Shown here: positions 52,746 to 64,000 of the stretch, piece by piece
How positions within the stretch are numbered: position 1 is the stretch's first letter
Layout: the number at the start of each line of letters is the position of its first letter
Assembly (NCBI GenBank): GCA_964035545.1
Contig: OZ037772.1
Coordinates: 12,088,818 to 12,152,817 of the forward strand
Length of the DNA: 64,000 nt
From: Bugula neritina
Taxonomy: Eukaryota > Animalia > Bryozoa
Direction of reading: 5' to 3'
Program-made: the position numbers and the translations under genes
Notes under the pieces: model-generated
What the model was told of the DNA's origin: nothing
Database searches by the model: none
Seen by the model: only the letters and a program-made list of their open reading frames with translations

Positions 52746-55700
52746 ATGGCTGAAGCTGCAGTTGAGCAGGTAGCTTGTGGATTCTGTGTAACCAGACTAG
52801 AAGATCTAGAAGATTCCAGATCTCTACCCTGTTCTCATGTACACTGTTTAAGATGTCTGCTGGGGAACTTTGAGGTCAATAAGATAGTGAGATGTCCCTT
52901 CTGCAGGTATCACCTTACTTTTAGATATTTTCAGTTTGAGTTCTACTATATTATGTGTTATACTCTCTACTGATATGTCCCTTCTGCAGTTAGCACTTTA
53001 TTTTATCAGTTAGTCAGTAGCCTTGTCATTGTTTGGAAACTGAAATAGGCTGCCCTTTTAGTTTCATTCTTGTGAAGAGTCTGTTTGTTTCTCTCGTTGC
53101 GCAACTCTCTTTCAACTTTATTGAAAACATAAAATAATAAAAAATGGCCTAATATATATTAGTTTCAGTATTTATTATGAACTGTATCTACTATTGGTTT
53201 GCAATCGAAACCTTTGAACATTTATGTCTAGAGAAGTGTTTGACGTAGAAATAGAAACTCTTCCTACCCCAGACACCAAAGAGCCACCTCTATGCTGTGA
53301 TGGTTGTACGAGGAAAGGAGTGGATAATCAGCTAGCCGTTGTTTACTGTACAACTTGTTCTGCTAAGCTGTGTGCTAAACACAGAGAGGTATGCTGTAGT
53401 GTCTCCTACATGATTTGTTGTGAAATAAAGTCCTAGTGATGCAATATGACACTCTTGACATGCTTATATATGCTTCATATTCTCATGGTACTTGGAAATG
53501 TGTAGGTTTGGGTAGCTTCATGCAATTATAAACTCCTATAACTTTGACCTGTGTTCTCCATTATCTATGAAATTTTTTATATTATGTTTCACAGTTCCAT
53601 GATGAGGTGCTTGGAACTCACCCTATGGTAAAAATGACTAATTATAGAGCACAGGCTAAGCGAGTGACACCCAGACTTTGTGCTCAGCACGAAGAGATAG
53701 CGTACACTTTGGGCTGTAAGAATTGTTTGACTGTGGCCTGTACAGAGTGTGTTGAAGATCTGTCCAGTTGCACACATGGTACGCCTCATCTAACTACTTA
53801 CTACTTAATCATGTTTGTATAATGCTATCTGTTATGACTAAGGTCAGCAGGTCAAATACTAAACAGTATGACTGTAAATCACCGGCTTTCCATGTACCGA
53901 TCTCAGATCGATCTCGCTGAGATCGATCTGAGCATACCTCTCAGATCGATCGTTTTTCCATGAGAAGTGTCAGATCAATCTCACGGAGTTGCCTCCTCTT
54001 AAGTGAAGAGTACTTTAATAGTATAATTTGTTCACAAATCTGGATGATTAAAGCTGCTGAGGTTAAAAAACAAGATTGTTGATGTCTAAAAATTAATGGT
54101 GCTTGTAAACAATACGCAACAAAGCTTTTAGTGTAAAGTAATATAGCCAATTTAAGATAATCACTTTTAATTTTTTTAGCTCAACAGCTTAAATAAAATT
54201 AATAGCTATCTTGCAGATTATTCATAAACTTACAGGATTGTTAAGCTTGAAATTACGCAGCAATTAACTAATGAAAGTAAGTTTTACTAGTCATTTAAAT
54301 TCAATTTAAATGCTCCAATTTTTTGTAATTTCTATGGACTATAATTTTATATAATTGAGTTTTTTTAATCATAGTACTGAAAGTCAAAGTTTTGGCATCT
54401 GAAAATGTGGCTATCGTAATTATTAAGTAATTTGCTTAGTAATTATCAATAAGTTGTCATTTTTATCAGCAGACAACATTTTAGCGAACAGTCTTTTTCT
54501 ACTTCTCAGATCGATCTGGAGTCTTTCCATGGATCGATCTCACTGAGATCGATCTGAGTTCGAGCTCTACAGACCGACCAGCTCAGAACGACTGAGATCG
54601 ATCTTTGACATCTTTCCATGGATCGATCTCGCTGAGATCGGTACATGGAAAGCCGGTGATTGTAGGGTCAGCACATGATCTCCTGTCACTGGATGACCTG
54701 GTAATAAAACTGTCTAAAGAGATGGAAAAGCTGACCTCAGAAATGCTGGAGAGAGAAAATAAACTCTCAGGTTTATTTAAACGCATGACTGGAATATTAA
54801 GTGATTATGATAGTGAGACTAGAGATATGATAGAGACACTTCACAGAACACGTGATGAACAGGTAATATGTGCTGCATTTAGACTAGAGATGTGATAATG
54901 AGGCTGGAGATATGGCAGTGAGGCTAGAGGTATGATAGTAAGACTAGAGGTATGATAGTGAGGCTGGAGAAATGATAATGAGGCTGGAGATATGATAGTG
55001 AGGCTAGAGATATGATAGTGAGGCTAGAGATATGATAGTGAGGCTAGAGATATGATAGTGAGGCTAGAGGTGTGATAGTGAGGTTAGAGATATGATAGTG
55101 AGGCTGTGTACTGCTATATCTTAGCTGGGTATCACTACAGCCTGTACTCTTGCGATTTAATGTCAACTATAAATAAACATATATAATCTATTTATAGATT
55201 CAGAGCATTCAACTCAAGTACAAGAAGTTGGAAGAAGAGTTGATAGAGTCGAGAAGAAATGCAAAGTTAGAACTGCAGACCCTAACTGAGCAAGATGTTG
55301 AAGGGAAATTGTCTGACCTGATTAGACTGAGACTGCAGATGGAGGCTAGACTTAGTACCAGTCACCAGGTTTGTGGGTTGGATTAAGACACAGTATTACC
55401 TCCTCCCTACTCCACATACTACTGTAGGAAAGGCATGCACATTCTCACCAACAAACTGCTTTGTAGGTTGATCTCATTAGCAGCTACAAGGAAACAGAAA
55501 ATGTGATTAGTCAGCTGATGTCTGAGAGTGTCTCTACACCAGAGGTGCCAAGTATAACTACATTGCAGGTCAAAGGTCAGTATGTATAGCTGCAGGTCAA
55601 AGGTTACTTACTGTATGATTGGGTTGTTTGTTGATGCATAGAAGCACTTGTGTTGTCATTTAAATGGTGGAACAATTATGAAATTGAATAGAAGTGACTT

Positions 55701-56900
55701 TCAACAGCCAACACAGCTAGTTGTGTTTATTAGTTTATATGTGAGGGGACTCCCCGCCCCCCCCCTCTTGTGATCAGGGAAAGCTCTTCCTCAGCTCTCC
55801 ACTCCCTCTCTGTTGTTAGTGTTGCTAGCAAGAACTGTGGTGTTGTTTAAACCACACTACAGGTCAAACATTTTAACTCTTTGCTTATGATATTTATACT
55901 GTAATTTATTTTTATGATTACGTCCAGCCTATTCATACTTCTTGGTTTGTAGAAGAAAAAAGAGAAATCGAAATAGAAGTCGTCACTTCACAAGATGGAC
56001 AGACAACTCCTAAGGCTTTCAATAAACAGTTGATACTCCAGCATACAGTTGAAGTGGGTGGATATCCAAAGTCATTCTGTAGTTATCAGGGAAGAGTATA
56101 TGTTTTGTCATCTGCTGGACTGGATGTAGTTGCTGAGCCCAAGTTACTCAGCCAAAAGCTAACCTCTTCATCATTTCCGTATGCAGCCAGCGTAGCTGCT
56201 CACAGAGACAGATTGTATATTTCAACTAGCAATAATGCTTCCTATAGCTTGGTGACAGTTTACAATCTTACTGGAAGACAAGTATCCCAATGGGCCCATA
56301 ATGGTAGCTGCAGTAACTTAGTGGTTGTTGGTAATCAAATAGTTGTGGCAGACACTCAGAACAAAACACTCACAGTATATTCTCTTACAGGGGAGGCAAT
56401 AAAACAACTAGACGTCCCCATATATCAAGGTTACCAAACTAATACATCAATCTGCGCTATAGACAACAACTCTGTTGTTATATCCGACTATAAAACTGCT
56501 AAAGTATCCAAGGTGAATATTTCAAGTGGAGAAGTTGAATGGACATCTGAACACGTAGGAAACCCTCAAGGCTTGGCTTACCACAGAGGGAGGGTGCTCG
56601 TAGCCGACCGAGGAGCTAGAATGAAGATCTCAGTCTTGGATGTGGAAACAGGTGATACAATAAATTCTAAACATCTAATACGTAATTTTGGAGTTTTTCA
56701 TTTCAATCGTGTGTTAGACGATACAAGTATTCAATCTGAACTTATTTTTCTACCTTGTTTATTCAGGTGAACCGCTGACGGTGATCATAGACGCTGACCT
56801 CGAGTTTCTCTCCGACGTGTATAATTTCCATGTTACAGGAAACACTCTTATAGTACCGAGCAGTGAAAAAAAGGCAATTTCGTTCTATCAAATTCGCTGA
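52746..56900 (+). CDS. TRIM protein copy 1: RING-Bbox1-Bbox2-coiled coil-NHL-like beta-propeller, about 603 aa. Exons 52746-52906, 53232-53388, 53595-53778, 54666-54862, 55198-55368, 55467-55575, 55953-56651, 56767-56900
   Basis: 1812 nt in frame. RING CGFC..LPCSHVHCLRC..CPFCR. B-box1 CDGC..YCTTC..LCAKH..H..H. B-box2 CAQH..CKNC..CTEC..H. Propeller blades IVVADTQNKTLTVYSLTGE, VVISDYKTAKVSKV, NPQGLAYHRGRVLVAD. Confidence 0.9.
53880..54658. mobile_element. 779-bp MITE with perfect 27-bp TIRs (CACCGGCTTTCCATGTACCGATCTCAG) in TRIM copy 1 intron 3
   Basis: Perfect TIRs, subterminal AGATCGATCT palindromes, AT on both flanks. Absent at the paralogous site 63841-63852. Confidence 0.93.
54878..55106 (+). 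repeat. 20-bp minisatellite (GAGGCTAGAGATATGATAGT), about 11 copies, TRIM intron 4
   Basis: Unit matches exon 4 sequence TATGATAGTGAGACTAGAGATATGATAG at about 54806-54833. Confidence 0.9.
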
Positions 56901-56924
56901 GTTTCCTCATATGTAATATATATA

Positions 56925-57428
56925 GTATCATTTATACTGTGTATGTTATCATATATACTCTGTATGTTATCATATATACTCTGTATATTATCATATATAC
57001 TCTGTATGTTATCATATATACTGTGTATGTTGTCATATATACTGTATATGTTATCATATATACTGTGTATGTTATCATATATACTGTGTATGTTATCATA
57101 TATACTGTGTATGTTATCATATATACTGTGTATGTTATCATATATATTGTGTATGTTATCATATATACTGTGTATGTTATCATATACACTGTGTATATTA
57201 TCATATATACTCTGTATGTTATCATATATACTGTGTATGTTATCATATATACTGTGTATGTTATCATATATACTGTGTATGTTATCATATATACTGTGTA
57301 TGTTATCATATATACTGTGTATGTTATCATATATACTGTGATGGTTATTATATATACTGTGTATGTTATCATATATACTGTGTATGTTATCATATATACT
57401 CTGTATGTTATCATATACAGTGTGAATA
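56925..57428 (+). repeat. 21-bp minisatellite (TATCATATATACTGTGTATGT), about 24 copies, right after the TRIM stop codon
   Basis: Direct inspection; AATAAA at about 57457 follows. Confidence 0.95.
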
Positions 57429-57990
57429 TCATCTAAACTTAGTTATATTCTACTTCAATAAAATATTTGCTCTTCATTTTTTTTTGCTATAGCTATGAAT
57501 ATAATAATTGTGTTCTATTCAAAAACATTTACGAGATTCAATTCCTCCCTGAATTTATTAAATTTATTTAGATTTATTTATTTGTTTTTAAAAATACACG
57601 TAATAAACAGACAGAAATAGTTGTTCATGATTTAATAATTGTTTTACAATAATAAACAATACTCTAGAAAGTAAATATTCTGTGAAAAACAGCAATTTTA
57701 AAAATAGCACACCTTTATTCATACACATCCAATGCTTACTTACAAAAGTTAAAAGAACTTAACAGAAAACAAGCAGAGGCATGCAGTGCACCACAACTCC
57801 ACAAAAGGATTTAAAAATTGCCCAAAATGCAAAAATTTCAAGCATGAAAAGTCTTGTTCACATTGCACAAACTGAAACCTGGCACATAAAACTACATACC
57901 AACCAGCACAGCCTGTTTTACTCATACATGATTAAAATTAACAACAGGGAAGTGCATATCCTGCATGTCCAGTAGATAGAGCTAAGTGTA

Positions 57991-58212
57991 GGGTCATTCC
58001 GGGTCAAATCAACCAAATTTCAGAAATTCCCATGCCATTATTACTTGTGCCATTTTTACTGGACACCAATAAACATATATCAAATTCGAAAATAGGCTTC
58101 AATTAATAATATATGGAAAGTTTTGATAGTGAAATTGACACTGAAATTTCTAGTGGCCTTCTTGGTGGCTCAGGGGTATTTTACGGCCTTTTCCCAAAAA
58201 AGGTTGAGCACC
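57991..58212. mobile_element. Possible truncated DNA-transposon end at the duplication junction
   Basis: Starts GGGTCATTCCGGGTCAAATCAACC, sharing GGGTCATT with the MITE terminus at 59054. No partner TIR found. Confidence 0.35.
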
Positions 58213-59053
58213 CATGAACTAGGCAGACCGTTCAACTATAAGGATGCATTTAGTTATATCACGAGACACCTACTTTGTATAAAACTGCAAAGACTGACAA
58301 CTCTAAAACACAAAATTATAGTAGATCTTTTAGTACAGAAGATTCTTCAAGGTTATTGTTTCTCTTATATAACAAATCAATTTAAGTAGCTCTTTGTGAT
58401 AAGAGTCATAAAATGTAGGAAAGTTTTCATACTAGTTAGCAGACTACAATAAATAAACCTAGTAACTAGTACAACTTCTTACATTGGAAATGAGCCATCA
58501 GCTGTATAAATCTCTCAGCCAAAACTTGGAAAACCCATATAAGCTATTTTATATTATGATTGCTGGCTATACCTTTGTATAGCAACAATGGTGTTACCAA
58601 AGGAACCACAATCTCTGAACCATATAGATATAACAAGTAAGATATGTGTAAAACCTTCCACAGTATAGGTGAGTCATAACTTTGTTTACAGCAACTTGAA
58701 CGCTAGCTTACTAACCTAAGATTGCCAATTACCCCCTATATAATATTATGGTAGTACCAGTAGTGAGTTACACCATATCTAGACCATTGTCTTGCAGCAC
58801 TCTTAGTGTGATCTTCCTAATTGTTGATCTCCTTGAAGATGAAAATAGGTGTATACTGGTTGGTGTGTGGGACATCTTATTGCTATACTTTTTATTTATA
58901 CTTTGCATTTGTTCAGCCATTTTTAAAAGCTTTTTGTAGAGCTTTTCTGCACGAGGAGACAAATCTGCAGCAAATATTTGAGCTATAGAAATGAACCAGC
59001 TGGGTGGCCAGCAGCAATAAAGTGTAAAACGTGGAAGTTTTCTAAAATATTAT

Positions 59054-59479
59054 GGGTCATTTTACTTAATATAGTACACACTGGATATATCTTCAGTTTT
59101 TGGCTATTTTTCACAATTTAGCTGGTAATGAACATGGTCTTTTGGCCAAAACTAGTAAAACACCAATTAATACACCTAAATAATCAAAGTTCTTTTTAAT
59201 TTAGCTTCATCTCCTATATGTTTTTCCCTAATTATTCAGTTAGTGTTGGTTATGGACCGTTACAGTTTTTTAGTAACGGTCAGCACATATAGAATATTAA
59301 GTGCATATGACAATGACCTGTGCTTTAATGTTGGGGAATCCTCTTCTAGCCTTTTCTGTTATGCGTAGTTAAAACCAGCACATAAAAATATCATGTATAG
59401 TAAATTTCAATTGATTTTGAGCAAACTTTAATGTTAGGTCATAAGTTGCTGGTGTGTACTAAATGAAGTAAACTGACTC
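59054..59479. mobile_element. 426-bp MITE with about 28-bp imperfect TIRs, duplication unit 2 only
   Basis: GGGTCATTTTACTTAATATAGTACACAC versus right-end reverse complement GAGTCAGTTTACTTCATTTAGTACACAC. Flanks TTAT and TTGT. Empty site TTAT at about 51297-51300. Confidence 0.85.
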
Positions 59480-59734
59480 TTGTAAGTATGGGTTCTTTTT
59501 TCTACTGAATCAATTTTCAGAAGCATAGAAAATGAATTAATGACTGGCTTAGAGGTCAAGGTAATTTATTGCAGGGCATGCAGGCAATAGGTGACGTTGC
59601 AGCACTGCACTAGCTCCATGCAGTTCTGACAATGCTTGTAAGGCAGAGCCTTGCCAGGTCACCTGCACTACGAATATGTGTTATTATACTTTCTAGGAAC
59701 TGGTTTACAGACCGACTGGATAGGATGTACCATG

Positions 59735-60260
59735 GAATTATGTGAGACTATGAACATGCTGTAGAGACTGCCTTTTTCTACTCGACTTGAATTGATAAAA
59801 AAATGCAAGTGTGATGTTGTCAGTAAAACTTTATCTACATGGCAATTTAATTTATTATTTGTTATTTAACATTTTTAAAAATAAATTTAAGCCTTGGAAC
59901 TTGCATTTCTAGTATATGAAATGTGTGCCTAATTTTATCAAGTCAAGAGGAGACAAACCCTGATTCTTTGCATGAACATAACAATATTATATGAAGAATT
60001 ATGTGAGAATATGAACCTGCTGTAGAACCTGATTTTTTCTGCTAGTGATTATTTAAATCAATAAAGGAAATAAGCAAGTGTGATGTTGTTAGTAAAACTT
60101 TATCTACATTAATTTATTATCTGTTATTTAACATTTTTGAAAAGAAATTTGTGCTTTGGAGCTTGCATTTCTAGTTTATTAAATGTATGTCTAATTTTAT
60201 CAAGTCAAGAGGAGACAAACCCTGATTCTTTGGTTGAACATAAAAATATTATGAAGTTGA
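59735..60260 (+). repeat. About 260-bp local tandem duplication, unit 2 only
   Basis: GAATTATGTGAGA..GCAAGTGTGATGTTGT..GTCAAGAGGAGACAAACCCTGATTC occurs twice here and once in unit 1 (51550-51840). Confidence 0.8.
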
Positions 60261-60654
60261 CGAATCAGAAAGCTGTTCACGAACTGCATTAAATCTTTAG
60301 AAAGAAATTTTCCACTTGAAAAAACCCAAGAAGAAAAATTCCCCTCGGAGAAGATCATCGCACTAGAAGCAACACCAAGTTGGGAGACTGAGTGCAGAGC
60401 TTATATTGACATGATGCCAAAACTACTAGCCACCGTACTCAGCGACTACTAACTGGGTGCTGCTTTTAGCAATTTTCAACACGCTGCTACATCCAACTTC
60501 GTATAGTTTATGGAGCAGTTGTTGAAGGTGATCACTTGATAAGTTTATTTACAAGCATATTTCATTATTTGTTTATAAATGATATAAAGTTTAGTTATTC
60601 ATCTTAACATTATTAATGACTTTTAATTTTATTTTGTATTTCTTTTACAAAAAT

Positions 60655-62024
60655 ATTACACTATCTAAATAAAACACTAGATTCAATTTTGGTTAATAGA
60701 CAACATGGATTTAGACGTGGCCTTTCATGTGACACTCAATTGTGTGCAACTTTTCATGATCTTGCAAGAGCCGCCGACAACTCATCAACTACTCACGCAG
60801 TAATTCTAGATTTTAAAAAGGCCTTCGATAAAGTTCCTCATTTACTGCTCATAGAGAAAATCAGGCGAATTAAAGGAATTGACCCATTTATTGCCAATTG
60901 GATACAGAGCTTTTTGACTGACAGAAGTCAAAAAGTGGTGATCAAAGGGACAGAATCATCTGAACTAAGTGTAACATCTGGAGTCCCCCAAGGATCAGTT
61001 CTTGGACCAACACTCTTCCTAATTTACATCAATGATCTCCCTCAATCTGTCTCATGCAAAGTTAGTCTATATGCTGACGACACACTTCTATATGCTGAAG
61101 TTAACAACAAAATACAACAGGAAGCTTTTCAGAGAGACCTAAACTCACTTTATAACTGGTCACTTAAATGGAAAATGCCGTTTAATACCGATAAGTGCGA
61201 AGTGATTATATTTGGTAAAAATGATGACACCTCCCATCTATATTCACTTGGTAACACCACTCTTAGAACCGTTAAAGAGGCCAAATATCTTGGAGTAATC
61301 ATGCAGTCTAACCTAAAGTTTGACAGACATATTACATCTAAAGTCAACAATGCAAGCAAAATACTTGGCTGTATCAAGCATACAATCTACAATGCACCCA
61401 TGAAGGCAAAATTAATTGCATACCTTAGTCTATGTAGACCTATCCTTGAGTATGCAGACACGTTGTGGGATCCGACTAACAAAAGTGCCTGTGAGGAAAT
61501 TGAACATGTTCAAAATCAAGCCATCAGGTTTATCGCTAACCTCAAAGGAAGATGTGGCATCAGTGACGCTCGAACTGAATTGCAGCTTAAAACTCTTGCG
61601 AGCCGGCGAAGAGACCATAGAATAACTTTGTTAATGAGAATACTCTCAGATGAAGAGCGCCATGAAACGCTTTCATCTGCTTATGATGAACTATTAAATT
61701 CAAATCGGTCAATAAACACTCGATCTGCTAAGAGAGGAGAACCAACATCAATTTCTGCATCCTCACAGACTTTTCACAACAGTTTTCTCCCTCGAAGCAT
61801 CAGAGATTTGAGGATACCACCTCATAACACAAACTCAGCTTAGCTATGTGCTAAAACCCCTTTACATTACAATTAAAATATCCAAACTTAGCTACATGCT
61901 AGAACAGATACATTTCAACACATGGTAAACCCAAACAAAACAACATAAGAGGCACTCATAATTTTGCGCCTGTAGGTGTTAGCAGAGTGTTCTAATTTTT
62001 ACGAGGTGAGTTACGAGGTGAGTT
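60655..62024 (+). mobile_element. 5'-truncated LINE (CR1/L2/Daphne-like non-LTR retrotransposon)
   Basis: Interrupts ACAAAAAT|GTGCTTAA seen intact at 52227-52242. 3' tail (TTACGAGGTGAG)x2. At most a 2-bp AT duplication. Confidence 0.93.
60656..61843 (+). CDS. LINE ORF2 reverse transcriptase C-terminal fragment, uninterrupted
   Basis: QHGFR, LDFKKAFDKVPH, SGVPQGSVLGPTLFLIYINDL, YADD, KYLGV, RPILEYA..WDP, NSFLPRSIRD. Confidence 0.95.
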   Translation, partial: LHYLNKTLDSILVNRQHGFRRGLSCDTQLCATFHDLARAADNSSTTHAVILDFKKAFDKVPHLLLIEKIRRIKGIDPFIANWIQSFLTDRSQKVVIKGTESSELSVTSGVPQGSVLGPTLFLIYINDLPQSVSCKVSLYADDTLLYAEVNNKIQQEAFQRDLNSLYNWSLKWKMPFNTDKCEVIIFGKNDDTSHLYSLGNTTLRTVKEAKYLGVIMQSNLKFDRHITSKVNNASKILGCIKHTIYNAPMKAKLIAYLSLCRPILEYADTLWDPTNKSACEEIEHVQNQAIRFIANLKGRCGISDARTELQLKTLASRRRDHRITLLMRILSDEERHETLSSAYDELLNSNRSINTRSAKRGEPTSISASSQTFHNSFLPRSIRDLRIPPHNTNSA

Positions 62025-62714
62025 ATGTGCTTAAACGCAATATTCTCATGGGAAACAACCACTGAATCCGTGAATGTTGTGACCCTACGGCCACTTTCAC
62101 GAATTTCAAATAGTGATACTTATGGTTATACTTATAGCAAGAGTAGTAGACATAGAGTATTATAATACTCATATTATTACTAATAGTAATAGTAATAGTC
62201 ATTCTCGTAGTTATACTCGTAGTGATAGTGGTGCTGATGGTCATGATCATGATGATGCAGCAACTGCAAGTACATATTGATATTCATATTGATAATGATA
62301 TTGATATAAATAATAATGATATACTGATACACATTGATATACTAGTAGTGTAGTACTAGCAGTATTAAGACTCAGAATTACTTCCAAGTTTGGTAATTAT
62401 AATCATATTGGATTGGCATTTAATTTTATATATCAATATTCATATTGATGTTAATTGTTATAGTCCCCATTATGAACTCCAAATCGAATTAGTAGTAACT
62501 ATAACTACTATAACTATAACTGGTATGACTATGGCTATGAGTATTCATTTGCGGTTATAAGGATGTATTGTTTAATCTATGTTTAATTATTGGTTAAAAT
62601 TAGAACTAGCATCTGCATAGTACAAATATGCTGTGTATATGAAGACTGTTCCCTCCATTGCAGCAGTTTTATTCTAGTGGAAAAGTCAAGTTTAACAAGA
62701 GCTAATATAGTCCA

Positions 62715-64000
62715 ATGGCTGAAGCTACAGTTGAGCAGGTAGCGTGTGGATTCTGTGTAACCAGACTAGAAGATCTAGAAGATTCCAGATCTCTACCTTG
62801 TTCTCATGTACACTGTTTAAGATGTCTGCTGGGGAACTTTGAGGTCAATAAGATAGTGAGATGTCCCTTCTGCAGGTATCACCTTACTTTTAGATATTTT
62901 CAGTTTGAGTTCTACTATATTATGTGTTATACTCTCTACTGATATGTCCCTTCTGCAGTTAGCACTTTATTTTATCAGTTAGTCAGTAGCCTTGGCATTG
63001 TTTGGAAACTGAAATAGGCTGCCCTTTTAGTTTCATTCTTGTGAAGAGTCTGTTTGTTTCTCTCGTTGCGCAACTCTCTTTCAACTTTATTGAAAACATA
63101 AAATAATAAAAAATGGCCTAATATATATTAGTTTCAGTATTTATTATGAGCTATATCTACTATTGGTTTGCAATCGAAACCTTTGAACATTTATGTCTAG
63201 AGAAGTGTTTGACGTAGAAATAGAAACTCTTCCTACCCCAGACACCAAAGAGCCACCTCTATGCTGTGATAGTTGTACGAGGAAAGGAGTGGATAATCAG
63301 CTAGCTGTTGTTTACTGTACAACTTGTTCTGCTAAGCTGTGTGCTAAACACAGAGAGGTATGCTGTAGTGTCTCCTACATGATTTGTTGTGAAATAAAGT
63401 CCTAGTGATGCAATATGACACTCTTGACATGCTTATATATGCTTCATATTCTCATGGTACTTGGAAATGTGTAGGTTTGGGTAGCTTCATGCAATTATAA
63501 ACTCCTATAACTTTGACCTGTGTTCTCCATTATCTATGAAATTTTTTATATTATGTTTCACAGTTCCATGATGAGGTGCTTGGAACTCACCCTATGGTCA
63601 AAATGACTAATTATAGAGCACAGGCTAAGCGAGTGACACCCAGACTTTGTGCTCAGCACGAAGAGATAGCGTACACTTTGGGCTGTAAGAACTGTTTGAC
63701 TGTGGCCTGTACAAAGTGTGTTGAAGATCTGTCCAGTTGCACACATGGTATGCCTCACCTAATTACTTAGTACTTAATCATGTTTGTATAACGCTGTCTG
63801 TTATGACTAAGGTCAGCAGGTCAGATACTAAACGGTATGACTGTAATTGTAGGGTCAGCACATGATCTCCTGTCACTGGATGACCTGGTAATAAAACTGT
63901 CTAAAGAGATGGAAAAGCTGACCTCAGAAATGCTGGACAAGGAAAATAATCTCTCAGGTTTATTTAAACGCATGACTGGAATATTGTGTGATTATGATAG
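62715..64000 (+). CDS. TRIM protein copy 2, partial. Exons 62715-62875, 63201-63357, 63564-63747, 63853->64000
   Basis: Near-identical to copy 1 exons 1-4, open frame, same splice sites. Confidence 0.9.

Larger units (their letters stand above)
50433..64000 (+). other. Tandem segmental duplication: unit 1 starts about 50433, unit 2 starts about 58213 and runs off the window
   Basis: AACTAGGCAGACC.TTCAACTATAAGGATGCATTTAG at both starts; colinear similarity through TRIM exon 4. Confidence 0.92.

Noticed and set aside
56932-57436. YTVYMIT / VIIYTVY repeat ORFs
   Set aside because: 21-bp minisatellite open in several frames on both strands, downstream of the TRIM stop.
57678-57686. TTCTGTGAA, the core of a Roquin constitutive decay element, downstream of TRIM copy 1
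   Set aside because: The stem does not extend beyond 3 bp and it lies past several AATAAA signals; no convincing CDE was found by eye in the gasdermin or Roquin 3' regions.

Overview
AT-rich, intron-rich animal (invertebrate-looking) nuclear DNA; the taxon cannot be fixed from the sequence alone. Hand splicing on GT-AG sites gives these genes in order: (1) the 3' part of a type-I membrane receptor on + with an ITAM-like tail; (2) its tail-to-tail paralogue on - (signal peptide-CUB-Sushi x3-4-TM-Tyr-rich tail, about 732 aa); (3) a secreted PAN/apple + F-type lectin; (4) a divergent glutaredoxin with a CPDS site; (5) Roquin/RC3H (RING-ROQ-CCCH, 25 coding exons); (6) a full-length GSDME-like gasdermin (about 469 aa) with candidate caspase sites in its linker; (7) two tandem RING-Bbox-Bbox-coiled-coil-beta-propeller TRIM genes, the second cut by the window end. 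Most of these genes belong to immunity-associated families, so the window reads like an innate-immune cluster (inference). Non-genic structure includes two related 2.5-2.8 kb foldback palindromes, two MITEs and a 5'-truncated LINE (all three with an empty site visible in the paralogous copy), a probable gene-conversion tract between the TRIMs, and recurrent minisatellites built from exon/intron junction (AG|GT) sequence. All exon coordinates are manual and need RNA-seq confirmation.
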